Source: Acidimicrobiia bacterium
GTDB taxonomy: Bacteria; Actinomycetota; Acidimicrobiia; IMCC26256; PALSA-610
DNA: 64,000 nt
Assembly: GCA_038323195.1 (NCBI GenBank)
Contig: JBBQGQ010000005.1
Location: forward strand, 99,217-163,216
Direction of reading: 5' to 3'
Shown: positions 59,917 to 64,000 of the stretch, one piece after another
Numbering within the stretch: the first letter of the stretch is position 1
Layout: every line of letters begins with the position of its first letter
The notes under the pieces: generated by a model
The model's input: only the letters and a program-made list of their open reading frames with translations
Database searches by the model: none
What the model was told of the DNA's origin: nothing
Translations under genes and position numbers: made by a program

Positions 59917-60270
59917 GTGGTGACCGTGCCTCCGGCTAAAAAGGCAACGAAGAGAAGGGCTGCCAAGAAGGCTCCGGCCAAGCGCAAGGCCGTGAAGAAG
60001 GCGCCCGCGAAGCGGAAAGCAGCTAAGAAGCGGACCGCGAAGAGAAAAGCACCGGCCAAGCGCAAGGCGGCGAAGAAGACCGTCAAGCGCAAGGCGGCGA
60101 AGAAGACCGTCAAGCGCAAGGCGGCCAAGAAGCGCAAGGCTCCGGCCAAGCGCAAGGCAGCCAAGAAGCGTAAGGCTCCGGCGAAGAAGCGTCGCAAAGC
60201 CGCGAAGAAGGCGCCGGCCAAGCGTGCCGTGCGTCGCACAACGCGCAAGCGCACAACGAAGAAGAAATAG
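59917..60270 (+). CDS. Lys/Ala/Arg-rich histone-H1-like basic protein (PAKRKAAKK repeats)
   Basis: GTG preceded by AGGAAAGG. 117 aa, almost entirely K/A/R/P/T repeats, like the C-terminal tails of mycobacterial HupB or Streptomyces HupS. The DNA has internal 27-36-bp repeats. Confidence 0.75.
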   Translation: MVTVPPAKKATKRRAAKKAPAKRKAVKKAPAKRKAAKKRTAKRKAPAKRKAAKKTVKRKAAKKTVKRKAAKKRKAPAKRKAAKKRKAPAKKRRKAAKKAPAKRAVRRTTRKRTTKKK

Positions 60271-60287
60271 CTTCGCTTCCGAAGTCT

Positions 60288-60322
60288 CGAAGAAGGGCCC
60301 GGGCAACCGGGTCCTTTCTTCG
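60288..60322. terminator. hairpin between convergent genes (possible bidirectional terminator, no U-tract)
   Basis: CGAAGAAGGGCCCGG-GCAA-CCGGGTCCTTTCTTCG forms a stem of about 15 bp with one bulge. Confidence 0.5.
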
Positions 60323-60344
60323 CGTTAGGACCGCGAGCATTTTC

Positions 60345-61070
60345 TCAGAGGTTGTCGATGCGGGCGAACGACTCGGCCGCGCGCAGCCCGGCCCGGAGGG
60401 CAGCGGCGCGGGTCTCGGCGTGGACCTTCTCCGCGAACGCGGCGCGCTCCTCGTCGGGGCGCTCGTCGATCGCCATCGTGGAGCGCCACTGACTCCGATG
60501 CGCGAGCAACGCCTCGATCTTGCGATCGACGTAACCGTCGACGTTCTCGACGTGATCGACCCGGCCCGGCTCGAAGCAGAGCAAGGTCGACGGCCGGTGC
60601 GGTGCCACTCCTTGCTCGGGGAAGAAATGCGGGTCGCGCGCGGCGACGATCCCGGAAGTGACGAGCAACCCCGCGTGGTGATGGTCGGGATGGATCCGGT
60701 ACGGGTGCCACGGGTCGTGTCCGAGCACGACGTCGGGGCGAGCCTGACGGATCACGCGGCAGACGGCGGCGCGCGGTGCCAGCGTGCTGTCGAGCTCACC
60801 GTCGACGAAGCGCAGGAACACGACGTCGACGGCTCCGAGGATGGCGACGGCGTCGCGTTGCTCGTCTTCGCGCTTCGCGATGAGCGCCGCGAGGTCGGCG
60901 GCACCGTCCCAAGTGCCCTTGGAGCCGTCGGTGCAGACGCAGAGGGTCACCTGCGTGCCGGCGGCCGCCCACTTCGCGAGCGTCGCACCACAGCCGAACT
61001 CGATGTCGTCGGCGTGGGCACCGATTGCCAGCGCGCGCCGCGGGATCGGGAGGTTGACGGCGATCGTCAT
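60345..61070 (-). CDS. PIG-L family deacetylase (LmbE/MshB-like)
   Basis: 241 aa. AIGAHADDIEFGCGATLAKW and the downstream HPDHHH motif. Confidence 0.85.
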   Translation of the reverse strand: MTIAVNLPIPRRALAIGAHADDIEFGCGATLAKWAAAGTQVTLCVCTDGSKGTWDGAADLAALIAKREDEQRDAVAILGAVDVVFLRFVDGELDSTLAPRAAVCRVIRQARPDVVLGHDPWHPYRIHPDHHHAGLLVTSGIVAARDPHFFPEQGVAPHRPSTLLCFEPGRVDHVENVDGYVDRKIEALLAHRSQWRSTMAIDERPDEERAAFAEKVHAETRAAALRAGLRAAESFARIDNL

Positions 61071-61137
61071 GGCGCAGATGTCATGGCGCGGATGTCGTGG
61101 GCGCGGATGTCTTGGGCGCGATTGTCATGGCGCGGGC
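61066..61137. repeat. 14-15-bp tandem repeat x5 spanning a start codon and the upstream stop codon
   Basis: Plus-strand units are GTCATGGCGCAGAT, GTCATGGCGCGGAT, GTCGTGGGCGCGGAT, GTCTTGGGCGCGATT and GTCATGGCGCGGGC. On the minus strand units 1, 2 and 5 read ..GCGCC-ATGA-C. Confidence 0.9.
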
Positions 61138-61727
61138 GTACGCCGGAGCGTTTCGAGCGCGTCGAGGTCGGCGGGGGTGTCGACGTCGAACCCCAACGCC
61201 GCGTCTCGCACTATCCGAACCGTGAGCGATCGGCGCCGGGCTTCGTCGGCATGACGAGCGGCGGAACGAGGCCCGTACGCGAAGGTGAAGGGCTCGGCCG
61301 TCGGAAGCGAAAGCACCGGAGTGCCGTCGTCGCGATGGTCCGGAACGATGACCGCGACCAGTGCGGAGCCGTCGGCGACGACGGCGTCGAGCGAGTGGGC
61401 GAGCGGGAGATCGGCGTGGACGACGGCATAGCGCGTCAGCGAGCGGCCGATCGCCCAGGTTCTTCCGGCCGCCGCCGCGGCGTCGAGCGAGCCGGGGTCG
61501 TCGAGCACGTCGAACTCGCGGTCTCGGGCCCAGGCAACGACCTCGGGCGCGCTCGAGACGACCACCACCGGACGCGTGCCGGCGGCATTGGCGACGCATT
61601 CCGCCATCGATCGCGCGAGCGTCTCGCGTTCGTGCTCGGAGAGTGTCTCGGCGAGCCGCGCCTTGCCCAAGGTGAACGACCGGAGCGGGACGACGATCCC
61701 CGCATCGTCTTGGGATCCACTCGGCAT
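61125..61727 (-). CDS. cofC: 2-phospho-L-lactate guanylyltransferase (F420 biosynthesis, CofC/FbiD)
   Basis: 200 aa. GIVVPLRSFTLGKARL...VVHADLPL... is the typical CofC layout. Confidence 0.75.
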   Translation of the reverse strand: MPSGSQDDAGIVVPLRSFTLGKARLAETLSEHERETLARSMAECVANAAGTRPVVVVSSAPEVVAWARDREFDVLDDPGSLDAAAAAGRTWAIGRSLTRYAVVHADLPLAHSLDAVVADGSALVAVIVPDHRDDGTPVLSLPTAEPFTFAYGPRSAARHADEARRRSLTVRIVRDAALGFDVDTPADLDALETLRRTPAP

Positions 61728-61736
61728 TCGCTGCGT

Positions 61737-62453
61737 ATGCTACCGACCGTGGACGCGGTGTATCCCGCCGCGAAGGCGGTGTTCTGGCCCTGGTTGCGCT
61801 TCGGCTTGCGTTGGACGATCGAAGGCGAGGCGAACATCCCGGCGCACGGCCCGGCGATCCTCGCGAGCAATCACATCTCGTATCTCGACCCGCTCACGCT
61901 GGCCTGGGTGGCGAACCAGCACAAGCGGCGCATCCGCTTCCTGGCCAAGGCCGAGCTCTTCCGGAACCCGGCGCTCGGTGTGTTGTTGCGAGCCGCGCAC
62001 CAGATTCCCGTGTACCGCGGAACGGCCGATTCTTCGGGCGCGCTCTCGGCCGCGGTCTCGGCGTTGCGGAACGGCGAGTGCGTCGCCGTGTTCCCCGAGG
62101 GCACGATCTCCGAGGACCTCGAGCCCATGCGGGGCAAGTCGGGTACGGCTCGCCTTGCCCAAGAATCCGGAGTGCCGGTCGTCCCGGTTGGCCTCTGGGG
62201 AACCCATCGGTTGATGACGAAGGGCCGCAAGCCCCACTTCTCGTGGGGGATCGCGCAGGTCGCGGTCGTGGGCGATCCGGTGCACATAACCGAAGGTGAG
62301 CGTCCGAGAGACGCGACGCTGCGCGTCATGGACGCCATCACGGCGTGCGTCGCCCGGGCGCGCGAGATCTACCCGCAGCGGCCCGAGGCGGGCAGCGACG
62401 CATGGTGGTGGCGCGATCCGGGGACGGCGACCGCGCACCGGAGACCGGCATGA
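61737..62453 (+). CDS. plsC: 1-acyl-sn-glycerol-3-phosphate acyltransferase
   Basis: ATG at 61737 inside ORF 60420..62453. HX4D motif (SNHISYLD) and FPEGT motif. Confidence 0.9.
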   Translation: MLPTVDAVYPAAKAVFWPWLRFGLRWTIEGEANIPAHGPAILASNHISYLDPLTLAWVANQHKRRIRFLAKAELFRNPALGVLLRAAHQIPVYRGTADSSGALSAAVSALRNGECVAVFPEGTISEDLEPMRGKSGTARLAQESGVPVVPVGLWGTHRLMTKGRKPHFSWGIAQVAVVGDPVHITEGERPRDATLRVMDAITACVARAREIYPQRPEAGSDAWWWRDPGTATAHRRPA

Positions 62454-63460
62454 CGCGCATCGCGGTCGTCGGGGCGGGATCGTGGGGCACGGCCGTGGCT
62501 GCGATCGCCGCCGGCAACGTCGCGACCACGTTGTGGGCGCGTCGGCCGGAGCTCGCGGCGCAGATCCGCGACGCGCACGAGAACCCCGCGTATCTGCCCG
62601 GCATCCGGTTGCCCAGTCGCCTCCACGCCACCGATTCGCTCGAAGAGGCTTGCACCGGCGCCGATGTGCTCGTGTTGGGCCTGCCGTCACACGGACTGCG
62701 GGCGGTGCTCGGTGAAGCACGTTCGTTCATCGGGCCGCGGGTCCCGGTTGTGAGTCTCGCCAAAGGCATCGAGCAGGGAACGCTCGCGCGTATGACCGAG
62801 GTCGCCTGTGAGGTCCTCGCCGGCCACGAAGCTGCGTGCGTCGGCGTCCTCACCGGCCCAAACCTCGCGCGCGAGGTCGCAGCCGGCCAACCCACCGCGT
62901 CGGTGGTCGCGATGGCCGACCCGGCGGTCGCCGAGGAGATGCAGCAACTGTTCTTCGCGCCGACGTTACGCGTCTATACCAATCCCGACGTCGTCGGCTG
63001 CGAGATGGCGGGCGCACTCAAGAACGTGCTCGCGATCGGTGCCGGTATCGCCGACGGCCTGGGCTATGGCGACAACACGAAGGCCGCGCTGATGACACGT
63101 GGTCTGGCCGAGCTGGCGCGCCTGGGCGCCACCATGGGCGGCGATCCGCTGACGTTCGCCGGGCTGGCGGGGATGGGCGATCTGATCGCGACGTGCAGCA
63201 GCCCGCAGAGCCGCAACCGCCACGTCGGAGTCGAGCTCGGCAAAGGTCGTGCCCTCGACGAGATCATCAACGAGATGAACATGGTTGCCGAAGGCGTGAA
63301 GACGACGGCCGCGGTCCTGGAGCTCGCGGCGCGGCACAAGGTCGAGATGCCGCTCGCATCCTTCGTCCAACGGGTGCTCTACGAAGGGGCGCGTCCTGCC
63401 GATCTCGTTCCCGAGCTGATGCTGCGCAAGGCGAAACCCGAGCTTCACGGGATGCGGTGA
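62450..63460 (+). CDS. gpsA: NAD(P)H-dependent glycerol-3-phosphate dehydrogenase
   Basis: ATG in an ATGA overlap with the plsC stop. IAVVGAGSWGTA, GALKNVLAIGAG and GDLIATC motifs. Confidence 0.95.
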   Translation: MTRIAVVGAGSWGTAVAAIAAGNVATTLWARRPELAAQIRDAHENPAYLPGIRLPSRLHATDSLEEACTGADVLVLGLPSHGLRAVLGEARSFIGPRVPVVSLAKGIEQGTLARMTEVACEVLAGHEAACVGVLTGPNLAREVAAGQPTASVVAMADPAVAEEMQQLFFAPTLRVYTNPDVVGCEMAGALKNVLAIGAGIADGLGYGDNTKAALMTRGLAELARLGATMGGDPLTFAGLAGMGDLIATCSSPQSRNRHVGVELGKGRALDEIINEMNMVAEGVKTTAAVLELAARHKVEMPLASFVQRVLYEGARPADLVPELMLRKAKPELHGMR

Positions 63461-64000
63461 CGGATCGCGCGATGGTCGGCGTCGGCACGTTGGCGACCGG
63501 GGTCGCAGCCGAGGTCGACGCATGGGGCACGGTGCACCAAGGCTCGTTGCGGCTCGGTTGGCGGATACGTAGCGGGAACGACTGGTTGGTGCCGGGGCGC
63601 GACGCGCCGGCCCGTCGTTCGCGGCCACGCGCGGCGCCGGTGGTGGAGACGGCGATCCGCGTCCCCGGCGGCGACGCGATCGAGCGCGTGTACGCGGTCG
63701 GTGACGGCGACGACGGAATCGTCGTCGCCGAGGTCCAGAACGATTCGCCCGAGGCGATCGCCGTCGCGTTCGTGGTCGACGCACCCGGTCTCGTGGCCGT
63801 CGACGGCACCGGCATACGGGTCGACGGGATCCCCGTCGTCGCGTTCGCATCCCGCCCGGGCGCGATCGAGGGCGACAATCGACTCGTGTTCCCGGTTCCG
63901 CACCGCACGACGGTTCGCGTCGCGCTCACCGGCGCCCCGGTCGACGTGCGTGCCCTTCCCGACGCCGACGCGGTCGGCCGAGCATGGGATCGGGTGCTCG
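63457..64000 (+). CDS. hypothetical protein, N-terminal part (3' end outside window)
   Basis: GTG in a GTGA overlap with the gpsA stop. The frame stays open to the window end (VTDRAMVGVGTLATGVAAEVDAWGTVHQGSLRLGWRIRSGNDW...) with high GC3. It is absent from the ORF track because it has no stop. Confidence 0.5.
   Translation, partial: MTDRAMVGVGTLATGVAAEVDAWGTVHQGSLRLGWRIRSGNDWLVPGRDAPARRSRPRAAPVVETAIRVPGGDAIERVYAVGDGDDGIVVAEVQNDSPEAIAVAFVVDAPGLVAVDGTGIRVDGIPVVAFASRPGAIEGDNRLVFPVPHRTTVRVALTGAPVDVRALPDADAVGRAWDRVL

Noticed and set aside
59829-59917. The HU/Lys-rich split as a simple sequencing frameshift of a fused hupB.
   Set aside because: Fusing them would need read-through of the TGA, avoidance of a second in-frame TAA at 59935-59937, and a frame change. 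The downstream ORF also has its own RBS. An assembly error cannot be fully excluded, so it is kept as a finding with that caveat.
59871-60306. Minus-strand ORFs 59871..60254 and 59908..60306 opposite the Lys-rich gene.
   Set aside because: They are the Leu/Ala/Phe/Arg-rich mirror image of AAG/GCC/CGC repeats. The plus-strand ORF has an RBS, a start codon and a biologically known composition (H1-like tail).
5790-61137. The junction duplications as transposon target-site duplications or excision footprints.
   Set aside because: Unit lengths range from 7 to 59 bp. The copies are adjacent with nothing between them. A single element family would give a fixed duplication length.

Overview
GC-rich (about 70% by eye, not computed), tightly packed chromosomal window with actinobacterial-type gene content: F420 and PIG-L genes, a divergent IclR regulator next to leuCD, gltX followed by tRNA-Gln and tRNA-Glu, and HU plus a Lys/Ala-rich basic protein. 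I can support about 62 protein genes, 2 tRNAs and one IS110-family element. Gene content: (1) the whole leucine / citramalate-isoleucine branch (leuA, leuCD, leuB, ilvE, a cimA-like second synthase), plus serA, an aspartate-aminotransferase-like gene, gltX, gpsA/plsC, cofC, bioB, greA and rnd; (2) many CoA/lipid-type catabolic enzymes (four acyl-CoA dehydrogenases, a crotonase, SDRs, two small ferredoxins, two LLM oxidoreductases, hydantoinase A/B); (3) cell-envelope genes (class B PBP, DD-carboxypeptidase, ccdA, lipoproteins); (4) a small accessory patch at 5.8-13.3 kb (dienelactone hydrolase, IS110, a large LuxR/LAL regulator, MBL hydrolase, PAS protein, beta-carbonic anhydrase). I see no rRNA, CRISPR, prophage or recognisable defence/toxin system, and no unassigned stretch longer than about 390 bp, so I cannot point to a large hidden multigene system. 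Signals the gene list does not explain: (a) two leader-peptide transcription attenuators with the same architecture, a Leu-codon leader before leuA and a Val/Ile leader before leuB-ilvE-cimA; (b) many short, mostly perfect tandem duplications sitting on gene junctions and duplicating start or stop codons, including a 59-bp x3 unit that builds a chain of ATGA-coupled uORFs and a five-fold amplified ATGA junction; (c) an active M24 peptidase-fold gene translationally coupled to a paralogue that has lost 3 of 5 metal ligands, inside a four-gene operon of unknown function; (d) a fused E1 alpha-beta 2-oxoacid dehydrogenase divergent from an E2 with no lipoyl domain; (e) HU and its Lys/Ala-rich tail encoded as two separate genes. 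All coordinates and motifs were read by hand. Start codons are best guesses, and no database search or RNA folding was run.
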